Below, piece by piece: positions 18,954 to 28,841 of a stretch of DNA of 64,000 bases. The stretch's first letter is position 1. Each line of letters starts with the position of its first letter. The notes beneath the pieces are model-generated. The model was given only the letters and a program-made list of their open reading frames with translations, was not told where the DNA came from and searched no databases. Source of the stretch: Chloroflexota bacterium (GTDB lineage Bacteria > Chloroflexota > UBA11872 > VXOZ01); NCBI GenBank assembly GCA_964291655.2, contig OZ219801.1, positions 640,001 to 704,000 of the forward strand, given 5' to 3'. The translations under genes were made by a program, and so were the position numbers.

Positions 18954-20393
18954 CTAATCTTCCACGTCGTTCCGGCGCAAAAGCACGGGGCTTAGCACGG
19001 CATAGAGCACAAACGCCACGACAAACGACGGCAGCGAGCCGCCGTAGCCGGTGAACGCGGCCGGCACAAGGTCCTGAACTTGCGAAACGAAGGAGCCCAT
19101 GATCTCGAAGGCACTAAGCAAGTTCGTGTTGACCGTGTGGTAGACTATGACACCGGCCGCCCAGCAGAGCAGTGCGAGCCAGTTCACGCCGCCCAAGTAC
19201 CAGTACGCGCCCTCACGATTTTGGAGTTCGGCGGAGTCGTACTCCTGCCGTCGCACGACGAAGTAATCCGCCGCCATCACGCCAAAGAGCGAAATGAATA
19301 CCGAGCCGATGAGCAACATGAAGATCTCGTACGTCACCATATTCAGGAACGATGCCAGTATGAGGCCGATCACGGCCACGATGACGACAAAGACCCGTTG
19401 CGGGATGCGCGAGAAGACGTTCTGGGCGGTGACGGCCGCCGAATAGATGTCGGCGAAGGCTTGATCTGTTTCCACTGCCAGGGTCGCCAGCAGCGCCAGC
19501 CAGCCGGCGGTGAAGACGATGATCGCGCCCGCAATAGCCACCGCCGGATTGCTCAGATCACCGAGCGTCACCGTAGCTACAAGCAGCACGCCGAGTCCGT
19601 AGAACCACGTATTCGCCAAGAGGTATCCCAGTCCGGTACCGGCAAACGCGCCCCTATCGCTGCGCCCGAAGCGGCTGTAGTCCGCGACAAGCGGAATCCA
19701 GGAGATGGGCATGGCGATGACAAGGTCCACGCCCACCCAGAACGGCGCGCCGTCCGTGCTCGTTTGGGAGAGAACATCGCCAAGGTTAAAACTGCTCACA
19801 ATCGAATACGTTAGCCAGAGCGACGCCGCCGCCATAACCCAGATGCCGAACTTCTCCATCCATTGGCGCACGACAACTATCGGACCGCCCAGGGCAAACG
19901 ACGTGCAGATAATGGCAAAGATCACAAGCCACAGCAGATACGCGTCGAAATCGAAAATGGTCTTGGCGACGTGATTGGCTGCCCACGACATGGCCCACAG
20001 TTCGAATGCCGTCCATCCCACGAGTTGTAGGAAATTGAAAGCGCTCGGCACATAGGACCCTCGAATTCCCAGGACGGGACGGAGCAACACCATGGTAGGC
20101 ACATGCACGCGAGCACCGGCGTAGGCCATGAGCGACAGCAAAAAGACGCCGATGATGCTGCCAACGATCACGGCCAGCAGCGCCTGCCGGGGAGCCATGC
20201 CCAAACCGTGGTCTTCCGCAGGCAACACCAGCAAGGCGCCGGTAAGGATGACGAGCAGACCGATCCCCAGGTTAAACCAGAGCACGAAGTGTTGCCGAAA
20301 CGTCATGCGGCGCTCTGAGGGCGGTACAGGGTCAACTCCCCACTCCGGCGGGACCTCAACTCTGGGCAGAATCTTGGACAGCGATCCGAGCAT
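18954..20393 (-). CDS. NCS1 family permease, probable hydroxymethylpyrimidine/thiamine precursor transporter (CytX-like)
   Basis: Multiple TM segments; QLVGWTAFE, AMPISWIPLVADYSRF, AFADIYSAA; TPP riboswitch upstream. Confidence 0.85.
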   Translation of the reverse strand: MLGSLSKILPRVEVPPEWGVDPVPPSERRMTFRQHFVLWFNLGIGLLVILTGALLVLPAEDHGLGMAPRQALLAVIVGSIIGVFLLSLMAYAGARVHVPTMVLLRPVLGIRGSYVPSAFNFLQLVGWTAFELWAMSWAANHVAKTIFDFDAYLLWLVIFAIICTSFALGGPIVVVRQWMEKFGIWVMAAASLWLTYSIVSSFNLGDVLSQTSTDGAPFWVGVDLVIAMPISWIPLVADYSRFGRSDRGAFAGTGLGYLLANTWFYGLGVLLVATVTLGDLSNPAVAIAGAIIVFTAGWLALLATLAVETDQAFADIYSAAVTAQNVFSRIPQRVFVVIVAVIGLILASFLNMVTYEIFMLLIGSVFISLFGVMAADYFVVRRQEYDSAELQNREGAYWYLGGVNWLALLCWAAGVIVYHTVNTNLLSAFEIMGSFVSQVQDLVPAAFTGYGGSLPSFVVAFVLYAVLSPVLLRRNDVED

Positions 20394-20473
20394 CGGTGCA
20401 TACCTCCTTCTGGAATCCGGCTTGCGCCGGAATGACGGATTTTAGACGCCTGGAGCCTCCAGGCCAACCATTA

Positions 20474-20507
20474 ACGAAAACAGGCGTGCTGCGGATTCAG
20501 CACGCCC
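20474..20507 (-). terminator. Intrinsic terminator forming the TPP riboswitch expression platform
   Basis: GGCGTGCTG-loop-CAGCACGCC followed by TGTTTTCGTT on the minus strand. Confidence 0.75.
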
Positions 20508-20524
20508 AAAAGGTAAGGCTTAGC

Positions 20525-20630
20525 AGTGCATTCCCTCCGCAGGTATTACCCTGATCAGGTTCAAGGGTATGAGGACGTAAACGCGTCACTCTTCTCAGCC
20601 CGGACTCTCGGGCACCCCTATCACGCCACT
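20525..20630 (-). promoter_or_regulatory. TPP riboswitch aptamer
   Basis: GGGGTGCCC...GGGCTGAGA...ACCCTTGAACCTGATCAGGGTAATACCTGCGGAGGGA matches the THI-box consensus. Confidence 0.95.
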
Positions 20631-20684
20631 CTTCACTTGTCCGACGCCGTCCACTCTATCACCATCGTGTCAAACGCGCAACAT

Positions 20685-21359
20685 CTAGTGCTCGTCAAGA
20701 TACGGCGCGAGCACCCAGCGAATGAAACGCAAGGCCTCAATTGCAAACTGTCGCTGATTTGCCGTGCGACCGGAATCAGCAAGTCTACGTGTCGTTGTCC
20801 ATGTCGACTCCTGCCCAGCATAGATGGTTACCGTAACATTGGAACTCTTCCCCAGTCCATGCGCGAGTCTTGCTTCACCGCCAAGCTCTTCAGGAGCGCG
20901 GGGGCTTGTCCCCCACTCCTGAGAAAAGTCTCCTGCAACTGCCGGCCCGGCGACGGCTAGGCACACCGTTCCCGCGGCTTTGGCCGAGCGACGCCCGGTC
21001 TGAGGGCCGGCAATGCCACTCTCCACCAGCGTCCACTGGCACGCAAAGGTGCGGCGCATGTACTCTGCCAGCGCCCCTACGTACTCCTCGCTTACGACGC
21101 CGAATTCTTTTGCAACATCGCGGATACTCTCTACCAGCGGTGCTTCACTGCCCGCATACAGGACAATTCCACCCAGAAACCACTCAGCATGTGCAGGATC
21201 ACCATGAATCAATGTTGCCAGCGCGCCGCCCGCTGAAGTTTCACCCACAGACAGCGTTTCGTTTCGCTTGGCAAGCGCTGCTCCGACATCTTCGTTTGGC
21301 CGCTGCAGATCGAGGCTGCCGCACAGTCGTGGTCCTTTACGGCTTTCGTTGGGTACCAT
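20685..21359 (-). CDS. CinA/PncC C-terminal domain protein (divergent, with internal insertion)
   Basis: ETLSVGETSAGG, GVVSEE, SGIAGP, GTVCLAVAGP. Confidence 0.75.
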   Translation of the reverse strand: MVPNESRKGPRLCGSLDLQRPNEDVGAALAKRNETLSVGETSAGGALATLIHGDPAHAEWFLGGIVLYAGSEAPLVESIRDVAKEFGVVSEEYVGALAEYMRRTFACQWTLVESGIAGPQTGRRSAKAAGTVCLAVAGPAVAGDFSQEWGTSPRAPEELGGEARLAHGLGKSSNVTVTIYAGQESTWTTTRRLADSGRTANQRQFAIEALRFIRWVLAPYLDEH

Positions 21360-21387
21360 TCGAAATTACCGGGATGCATGCCGTAGG

Positions 21388-23259
21388 CTATTGGGCAAGG
21401 GTGCGTTCATCCCCATCACGCTGGGTCACGTTATCGCGGTCCATTTGTTCCAACAACGGCAGCACGAATTTGCGGCTGGTGCCAAAGGCGTCACGCACCT
21501 GGGCCACCGTTACCCGCTCCTCCCGCGCCAAGAGTTCCCGCACTTTCTCCACTGCCTGTTCGTACGCCCGGCGCGAGTAGATAAGCTCATGGTCTAATTG
21601 GATCACTCGGCCCTGTTCCACTAGGAAACTTAGGAAGTCATCGTCCACCGCGAGCTTCTCACGGATCATACCCAGGTTTGGCGGCGCCAACGGGTCTTGC
21701 TCCAGTAGATCGAGTAGAGCTACTGCAACCTCTTCTTGGGCAGGACTCAAGGCAACGTTCATGCCGAATAGCTGGAGTGAGCCCAGGCTTTCTGCGATCA
21801 CTTCATCGGCACAGAGTCGCTGCACCATCTCGCTGAAGACCCGGCTCTCCATGCCAAGACTTCGCCGCACCTCCTCCTTGCCCTGTCCGTAGCGCAAGGG
21901 ATAGCGCGCGTGGAACTGCTGGAGCAGAGAGGTTAGACGATCCGAAATGTCAGACCAACCTGCAGCGGAATACAAAGTGCGCCCGAGGTCTATCACCTGT
22001 TCCGCTCCCAGGAGCCTTGCCATGACTTCCTCTACCTCCGAGACGGCAAGCGGAAGTACGCCAGTGATCTCCTTCTGCGTGCAGGGCTCCCGCTGCCGGA
22101 TGGCTTGGAGCACCACGTCCTCCGGCGAGCCTTGCTCCAATGTTTCCAGCGCTGTAACTACGTTTTCTGCAAAGCGTTTGTGCCGAGGCGGATAGGGGTC
22201 CAGCACCTCGCCTCCGCCAAGGGTGCACGCCGGGCTAAGCTGACGGACTATGAAGAGGTCGCCCTTGATGAGACTTACAGGTTTTACGAGCAGCAGTTGT
22301 ACCAGCCCACTCTCACCGGGCGTGATCGCCTCCCGGTCGAGAGTCCGCACTCGCGCGAGCGTCTCAATCGTCCCGCTATGAATAGTCACGACGGTCCCAT
22401 GCTCAAGCGGACGAGGCGCCGAGGGCAACAGGCGAATGCGGACGTCGGCAAAGCGCGTCGCAGAGAGCGTATCCGGCAATGTAAGCACTTGCCCGCGATA
22501 CACATCCTCAACGTCGATCCCGCCAATGTTGACGGCGACGCGATTGCCGGGCAAGGCGGTCTCGATCTTGTGCTTGTGACTCTGCAAGCCACGTATGCGG
22601 CCGCTCAAGCCGCCGGGCACGAATTGCGCCTCTGCGCCGACGTTTAGTTGACCGTCAAGCAGCGTCCCAGTGACGATCGTGCCAAAGCCGGTGAGCGAAA
22701 AGGCCCGATCGATTGGCAGGCGTGGACGTCCCACGTCCCGTTTCGCTGCGGTACCCGCGAGCAATTCGTCGAGAGCCGCGCGCAAGTCGTCGAGACCCGC
22801 GCCGGTGTGTGCAGAGACACGCACGAGTTGGCTTTGGGCAAGTACCGTGCCTGCTACCGTTTCGCGCAGGTCTTCTTCAACCAGCCGCAGCCACTCTTCA
22901 TCCTCTACGAGGTCGCACCGCGTCATCACGAGGATCCCCGCGGGAATTCGCAACAAATCCAAAATGTCCAGGTGCTCGCGCGTCTGCGGCATCACGCCTT
23001 CATCAGCCGCAATCACCAGCAACGCCGCATCGATCCCACCCACGCCCGCCAGCATGTTCTTGACGAACCGCTCGTGGCCGGGCACGTCGACGATTGATAT
23101 CTCCTTGCCGTTGGGCAAGGTAAGCCACGCAAAGCCCAGATCGATAGTTAGCCCGCGCTCTTTCTCTTCGCGCAGGCGGTCCGGATCAATTCCCGTAAGT
23201 GCTTGGATCAGCGTAGACTTGCCGTGGTCCACGTGTCCCGCAGTGCCAATGGTGTACAT
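21388..23259 (-). CDS. selB: Selenocysteine-specific elongation factor
   Basis: [20 protein letters not shown]-terminal winged-helix [12 protein letters not shown]....T.R.GDER. Confidence 0.97.
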   Translation of the reverse strand: MYTIGTAGHVDHGKSTLIQALTGIDPDRLREEKERGLTIDLGFAWLTLPNGKEISIVDVPGHERFVKNMLAGVGGIDAALLVIAADEGVMPQTREHLDILDLLRIPAGILVMTRCDLVEDEEWLRLVEEDLRETVAGTVLAQSQLVRVSAHTGAGLDDLRAALDELLAGTAAKRDVGRPRLPIDRAFSLTGFGTIVTGTLLDGQLNVGAEAQFVPGGLSGRIRGLQSHKHKIETALPGNRVAVNIGGIDVEDVYRGQVLTLPDTLSATRFADVRIRLLPSAPRPLEHGTVVTIHSGTIETLARVRTLDREAITPGESGLVQLLLVKPVSLIKGDLFIVRQLSPACTLGGGEVLDPYPPRHKRFAENVVTALETLEQGSPEDVVLQAIRQREPCTQKEITGVLPLAVSEVEEVMARLLGAEQVIDLGRTLYSAAGWSDISDRLTSLLQQFHARYPLRYGQGKEEVRRSLGMESRVFSEMVQRLCADEVIAESLGSLQLFGMNVALSPAQEEVAVALLDLLEQDPLAPPNLGMIREKLAVDDDFLSFLVEQGRVIQLDHELIYSRRAYEQAVEKVRELLAREERVTVAQVRDAFGTSRKFVLPLLEQMDRDNVTQRDGDERTLAQ

Positions 23260-23694
23260 GCTGTGAGCTCGATGTATGTAAGGTGCCGCAGTTTACTCAC
23301 GACCGCATTCTTGCCATCCAATATACCTTGGTCTGACGTGCTCGCCTAAGCGATCGAGGCGTGTGTGGCGGCAAGCATGCGCCGACCGCTTGCCGCCATG
23401 CCGCTGACCCTAAAACTATCACACTGCCAATTGCTGGAGTGCCCATTCCATTCCCCCACCGAAGTCTTCTCGCCTCGGAGCCCTTTGCGATTCAAGTGCC
23501 GAAGCGATAGAGCACGTTCTCCCAGCGAAGGCCACAGCACTTCACTGACAATTGATTGGGATTAGGTTCGTTCGGCAGAAATCCCCCTCACCCCAGGGAA
23601 TGGGAGCAAGTCCGGCACCGCTGCTTAGATTTCTTGCAGAGGTCTCCACTTTTACCAGGTCAGGGCCTGCCACGTACGCCATACAATATTCACG

Positions 23695-24747
23695 CTAGGT
23701 AGACTTTGCGACCTTAAATACGCTGGCTTTCTTTCCCGAAACGAGCACATCGTAGCGTTCTACCACGGTCAGCGCTCCCTTCAAGTCTTGTAGAGAATCC
23801 TCAAAGAGTTGCGGTCTCCCCGCGAGCAGCACCAGGAGACCGTTCCGGCGCAAGACTCTGTGAAACTCGCGCAGCATTTCGCGCTGAAACCGCTCGGGGT
23901 CTGGGCTCTGTTGCTGATAGAAGCCCCACGGCGGGTCGGTGATGATCTTGTCGACAGAATCCGGCGCGAACGTGCGCAATTCCCGGGCATCCCATCGGCC
24001 GATCACAAACTTCTGCTGCTTCCTGCGCTGTACCCAGCGAAGCTGCCGCACCTTCGAACGCAGACTCTTTACGAGCTTGGAGTCTGCGTCTCCGGCCAGA
24101 ACGGTCTGATACGGGAATGCGAATGCGCGCTCCAGCGGGATGGCTCCCGAACCGCAAAACGGGTCAAGCACGATGTCATCTTTCGCAGGGTCCGAGACCA
24201 AGCAGAGGAGGTGGCAGAGCTCAGGCCGCAACTCCCCGCGCGCCAGAGTCTTTTCGTAGGCTTTGTGGCGGGTAATGCGCATGCCTACGCAGCCAAAACC
24301 CTCCCGCCGGGACAGCAGCCAAAATTCGATATCCGGATTGCTGTGATCGGGTCTGAGCCGCTTTTCACCAGAAAGGAGCCGCTCCAAGTCCGCGCGCGTA
24401 CGCTGCGGGATTGAAACAAACTGATTGCCGTGGGAAGCAACAAAGCGGTATGTCAGACTCTTTCGCGGGAGATGTGGTGCAATGCGGCCCAGCAATTGCC
24501 CATCCGCCAGCACGGTTCGGCTCATGCTCCCAATTGGATTGCGCCCCAATCCATCGAATGAAAAGACACATACAAAACTATTGTTGCAGAAACGCAGCGA
24601 CTGTACGTGAGCAATGTCGGACGAAGAGCGGTATACCGCAAGTCCGTCGAGAAGAAGGTCCAGCTGAACATGCGCCAGCGACCGCTTCAGCGCGTCTGCG
24701 ACAACCTCTCCCATACCGGGAATGAATGTGGAAACGTATGTGGTCAT
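23695..24747 (-). CDS. SAM-dependent RNA methyltransferase (Trm11/RlmL-like, UPF0020)
   Basis: LRPELC, LDPFCGSG, TDPPWG. Confidence 0.8.
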   Translation of the reverse strand: MTTYVSTFIPGMGEVVADALKRSLAHVQLDLLLDGLAVYRSSSDIAHVQSLRFCNNSFVCVFSFDGLGRNPIGSMSRTVLADGQLLGRIAPHLPRKSLTYRFVASHGNQFVSIPQRTRADLERLLSGEKRLRPDHSNPDIEFWLLSRREGFGCVGMRITRHKAYEKTLARGELRPELCHLLCLVSDPAKDDIVLDPFCGSGAIPLERAFAFPYQTVLAGDADSKLVKSLRSKVRQLRWVQRRKQQKFVIGRWDARELRTFAPDSVDKIITDPPWGFYQQQSPDPERFQREMLREFHRVLRRNGLLVLLAGRPQLFEDSLQDLKGALTVVERYDVLVSGKKASVFKVAKST

Positions 24748-24996
24748 GTACGTACATTAGCAATAATCTGTGCCGAGACGCATTAAGCGGGCGCCAAAGT
24801 CCACGTTTGCGTTAATCGTCTCGCAGAGCCTCGCGGCTACACGAATGCTCAAAATCTTCCTTGCAGGGACCTCGGTTCATCGCAGGGGCCCTCAGTTCTG
24901 CGCAGAGATCCTGCGCAACGCGAGGGACCATAGCTCAACGCAAGGACTCTTGTGCAACGTGATTCGGCAGCCAAGACTTCCCTCTCTCCCGTCAAG

Positions 24997-25135
24997 GAGA
25001 CCTTTGCGTAACTCCGTCATTCCGGCGAAAGCCGGAATCCAGCGCGCCTTTACAGCTAGAGATTGCATGATGTCAAGTCATTTCACCCCCATCCCAACCT
25101 TCCCCCTCATAGGTGAAGGGTTACGCAAAAGTCTC
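24997..25135. mobile_element. MITE-like element with GAGACYTTTGCGTAAC terminal inverted repeats
   Basis: TIRs GAGACCTTTGCGTAAC / GTTACGCAAAAGTCTC; lies within a CCCTCTC..GGGAGAGGG palindrome; no clear TSD. Confidence 0.65.
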
Positions 25136-25241
25136 CGGTGGGAGAGGGTGCGAACCTGCCCCGAACTCGATACAGCGTATCGACACGAAACGGGAGTGAG
25201 AGAGAAGTCCCACATGGGCAAAGGCCAATGCCTAATCGCCC

Positions 25242-25277
25242 AAATAAGAAAGCCCCGCTCCTCAGGAGCAGGACTTC
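25242..25277 (-). terminator. Intrinsic terminator downstream of the A-type carrier gene
   Basis: GAAGTCCTGCTCC-loop-GAGCGGGGCTTTC followed by TTATTT. Confidence 0.6.
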
Positions 25278-25302
25278 ACCTTCCAACCTGTTCAGGTGTC
25301 CG

Positions 25303-25662
25303 TCACGTACTACACGGCCGGGCCTCACCGGCGCTCTCCGCCGTATCGAACGATTGCCCGCACGAGCACGACTGCTCGGCATTGGGATTGAGAATAGTAA
25401 ACCCGCCGCCAATCAAGGCATTGCTAAAGTCGATTTCCGAGCCGCTCAGGTACATCAGGCTGAAGGGGTCCACAAAGACGCGCACGCCCTCGTCCTCAAC
25501 CACCTCGTCACCGTCGTCCGGGCGCTCCTCCATGGACATGCCGTACTGAAACCCGGAACATCCGCCGGGCGACACAAACACCCGCAGACCCGCTTCCGGA
25601 TTCCCTTGCTCCGTCAGCAAGCCCTTCAAATGCTCAACAGCCGTCGGCGTCACAGAGATCAT
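25303..25662 (-). CDS. A-type iron-sulfur carrier (IscA/ErpA/HesB)
   Basis: GGCSGFQYG and NPNA..SCSCGQSF. Confidence 0.95.
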   Translation of the reverse strand: MISVTPTAVEHLKGLLTEQGNPEAGLRVFVSPGGCSGFQYGMSMEERPDDGDEVVEDEGVRVFVDPFSLMYLSGSEIDFSNALIGGGFTILNPNAEQSCSCGQSFDTAESAGEARPCST

Positions 25663-25751
25663 ATTGACACACCCTGTTCGAATTTACAACCGACTACCTA
25701 CCATCACATCGATTTCATTATACATCGTCCGGGCATCCCGCGCACACAGAA

Positions 25752-25907
25752 CTACAGCTTTCGATCAAGCTTTTCGTTGATCTGTCTCAGTAATGCAACC
25801 TCTTCCCTCTTGGTAGTTACGAAAAAGTACAACGGGTACAACCCAAGAGTAATGATCGTCAGAAACACAAAGATCAAGAACGAAGCGAGTCTCTCTGCAA
25901 ATGACAC
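25752..25907 (-). CDS. Small membrane protein, 51 aa (below the ORF-track cutoff)
   Basis: GTG start after GAAAGGTGG; MSFAERLASFLIFVFLTIITLGLYPLYFFVTTKREEVALLRQINEKLDRKL. Confidence 0.65.
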   Translation of the reverse strand: MSFAERLASFLIFVFLTIITLGLYPLYFFVTTKREEVALLRQINEKLDRKL

Positions 25908-26192
25908 AGCCTTGAACCACCTTTCAATTTAACACAACTTCACAGGCCTGAGTGTAGCCCCCAAATGTAGTGCGGTCAAAGCGTATTGTATGATGAATTG
26001 AAGCAGAGTCTGAGGGCTACTGAGCATGATGCCTAGCTCAGTAGCCAAGTCAGATCAGTCTTTCAAAATTGAGAACGCTCGGTCGCTGGAGCTTGAGCGT
26101 CTGCACACCAGTTAAGGAGCAAACCGATCGAAGCTAATTCAACTCAATCAGATTCTCGAAACGAAATAGCCCTGAAACTGCCGGAGCCAGAC

Positions 26193-27605
26193 GTGGTTGC
26201 GGGCAATCCATGGAGTGACGACGTCCTCGGCCGGAGAGAAATTGCCGAAAGGTTGACCAAGCTAATCCAATTTCAAAGAGAGCCGTATGTGATCAGCATC
26301 GACGGAGACTGGGGCACAGGTAAGACTTTTCTGTTGAAACGCTGGCAGGCTAGCCTAGAACAACAAGGCTTTAATGCGATCTACTTCAATGCATGGGAGG
26401 ATGACTTTTGCGACGATCCCCAATTGGCCATCCTTGGGCAACTGGCTGAGTACTTTAGGGAAGGAAGACTTAAGAATTTCGCCAGGCAAGCTTTCGATGT
26501 TGCAACCCCTCTGTTGAGACAGATACCCATCGCTCTAGCACAAGCAATGCTGCAATGCTATACAGGATTACCCACAAATATTGACATTAGCAATATGCAT
26601 TCGAAAGAACGCCTAGACGAATACCTCACTCAGCGAAGGACAAAGGACGAACTAAAGCGACACCTAGAGCGATTGGCTGAAGAGGTTCTTGCCGAGACTG
26701 AGCGCCCTTTAGTTTTCATTGTTGATGAACTCGATCGATGCCGTCCGACTTTCGCAATTGAGCTCCTTGAGAGAGTCAAGCACATATTTGGCGTGCCCAA
26801 TGTCGTGTTTGTTGTTGGGGTCAACCGAATGGAGCTTTGCTCAGCTCTCAAGTCAGTGTACGGAGACATTCATGCAGATGTCTACGTACGAAGGTTTTTT
26901 GATTCGGAGTTCATACTGCCGGAGGCAGACTCAAGCCAATTCTCCAAACATCTCATGGGTAGGTTCAAGCTAACAGACTACTTCGCTGCGCTCAGTCGGA
27001 AAGCCGATGGAAGTGCATACGCTGATGAATTTAGTGTGCTATTTGACTACATACCCGTGCTATGGACACGGTTTGAACTGTCACTTCGAGATGTTGACTA
27101 CTGTGTGCGGATGATATCAATAGTTGGTAAAAGTCTTAGTGATCAGCAATACATGTTCCCCTGGTTGCTTGGCCTGATTATACCTCTAAAACTCAAGAAT
27201 CCGGATTTGTATCGCCAGTTCGTCCAGGGCAATTGCCACGCTAGCGAAATCATGGATTATGTCGACAACATAGTCAATTTAGAATCGCCCTATAGGCTTG
27301 CGTCTGAAAGAGTAGGCATAGAAAGGGTCTTGGAAATTATAGAAAGCCAATTGTACCGTGCGGAGTCTCAGCAGGAAACCGATCCTGAACGTCCAACCGC
27401 CATCAAACAACTGAGGCTTCAATTGGAAGACAATGAGGTTACGCACCCACAGTTCCTTTCCGAAAGAACACAGAAGTCTGACAAGAAGAGAATTGAGAGG
27501 CTACTGAAACCGATTGGCTCCGAAACAATGTTTACGTATTGGGACAACATCATTGATCGACTGGGTATGTTAGTTGATCTACATCAGCCTACCGCAAGAA
27601 GGTAG
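26193..27605 (+). CDS. KAP family P-loop NTPase
   Basis: Walker A GDWGTGKT, FNAWEDDF, Walker B VFIVDELDRC, LERVKH, YVRRFFD; start may lie upstream. Confidence 0.9.
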   Translation: MVAGNPWSDDVLGRREIAERLTKLIQFQREPYVISIDGDWGTGKTFLLKRWQASLEQQGFNAIYFNAWEDDFCDDPQLAILGQLAEYFREGRLKNFARQAFDVATPLLRQIPIALAQAMLQCYTGLPTNIDISNMHSKERLDEYLTQRRTKDELKRHLERLAEEVLAETERPLVFIVDELDRCRPTFAIELLERVKHIFGVPNVVFVVGVNRMELCSALKSVYGDIHADVYVRRFFDSEFILPEADSSQFSKHLMGRFKLTDYFAALSRKADGSAYADEFSVLFDYIPVLWTRFELSLRDVDYCVRMISIVGKSLSDQQYMFPWLLGLIIPLKLKNPDLYRQFVQGNCHASEIMDYVDNIVNLESPYRLASERVGIERVLEIIESQLYRAESQQETDPERPTAIKQLRLQLEDNEVTHPQFLSERTQKSDKKRIERLLKPIGSETMFTYWDNIIDRLGMLVDLHQPTARR

Positions 27606-27821
27606 GCCAAGTCTTGAATTCTCTAGTACCCATCGGTGAGTTTCACTTTGTCTTCGAAATGATGACGTACTAGTGGGCCAGAGAGTCACTCCAAATTGAG
27701 GTTATTTGCTAAGATCGAGAGTTGCGAGTTTGGAGTTTGGTTTCATGAATGATACATGGCCCGCGTTGTTTCGTAGACCAACTCTCCCTCTCTTCCACTT
27801 AGGCCTACATCCTAAGACTCC

Positions 27822-27851
27822 TTGACGCTGTGGCTTGGGTTTGCGTAGCAT
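27822..27851 (+). promoter_or_regulatory. Putative promoter of the SRP RNA (TTGACG-18-TAGCAT)
   Basis: Ends about 10 nt upstream of the RNA 5' end. Confidence 0.55.
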
Positions 27852-27860
27852 GAGAAATGA

Positions 27861-28129
27861 GGTCGTGCTAGACGGGGAACTAGCGGTGCCCTGCACCCGC
27901 AATCCGCTATAGCGGGGTTGACAGCTTTCCGTGAGGTTCGCGTTGTTTGGAGGCTGCTGCGTGGTAGCGGCGTTGATGGCTGGGTCTTGCGCGGCGAGAG
28001 GCCGTGAACCCCGTCAGGTCCGGAAGGAAGCAGCGGTAAGCGGTTACTTTCGGGTGCCGCAAGGAAGCTTGGCCGGAGCTAGCGCCACGTAAGCGCTTCA
28101 GGGAGCCGTATCGAAGGAAAGGCACGGCC
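27861..28129 (+). ncRNA. ffs: Large (Alu-domain-containing) bacterial signal recognition particle RNA
   Basis: Helix 8 GTCAGGTCCGGAAGGAAGCAGC at 28013-28034; 5' Alu GTGCTAGACGGGGAACTAGCGGTGCCCTG; terminal pairing GGTCGTGC/GCACGGCC followed by a T-tract; upstream of dnaX. Confidence 0.93.
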
Positions 28130-28467
28130 TCTTTTTGTCTTCCTCACTTCGGCGATTCGGGTACGTCGACGGCAGCCAAGAATAGCCGGGTTTCGCCTGC
28201 GTACCAATCCTGGCGCAGATTAACGCCTCCCCAGCCTGCGCTTGCATGGCGCGCAACAGGGTTCGATTTGCCCCTCGTCATTTCAGGATAAGCCTTGCCC
28301 ATGATTTGATTGGGGCCGTTGTACTTGGTGTGGGGCAAAGATGAATTCCCGCCCATGTCGAAAACGGGGTAGGATTTTCGCGGGAATCGCCATGACCTTG
28401 TCGAGGCCGCACAAAGGGGTGAAAGCATGCCCGCGACCTGTTCGGGGATGGCGGCTGGCTTCCTGAC

Positions 28468-28717
28468 CGTCATTCCGGCGAACGCCGGAATCCAGGGCGT
28501 ACACGCCGAAGATGGATTCCCGATTGCACGGCAATGACGGAGCACGTCGTGCTCTATTCAGGGAATTGACGGACCCACATACTCTCTTCAATGCCCGCAG
28601 CCAGAACTCCAGCAACCTGAGCCGTCAGTTTTCTGAGACCACCTGGAAATGTGCGTCCCGCTGTACACTTGACCCTGTAAACATTGAATCTAGATTCCTC
28701 GCTACACTCGGAATGAC
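28468..28717. repeat. Palindromic repeats between ffs and dnaX
   Basis: GTCATTCCGGCGAACGCCGGAATCC...GGATTCCCG..GGCAATGAC and TAGATTCCTCGCTACACTCGGAATGAC. Confidence 0.7.
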
Positions 28718-28841
28718 GTACAATTCAGTTCAAGGAATGAGCAGGGGTTTCATTCGGACGTTTTCGGCGAATTCTTGCCATCACAGCCCTCATCCAATAA
28801 AAGAATTCTTTCGCTGACCTAAACGAGGAGAACCTTCACCG

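Noticed and set aside
25279-25305. Selenocysteine read-through of the A-type carrier TGA stop
   Set aside because: All three conserved Cys are already encoded; read-through adds only a few residues before another TGA and a terminator
24770-25932. 259-aa and 264-aa plus-strand ORFs
   Set aside because: They run through palindromic repeats and antisense to the Fe-S carrier gene, with implausible composition
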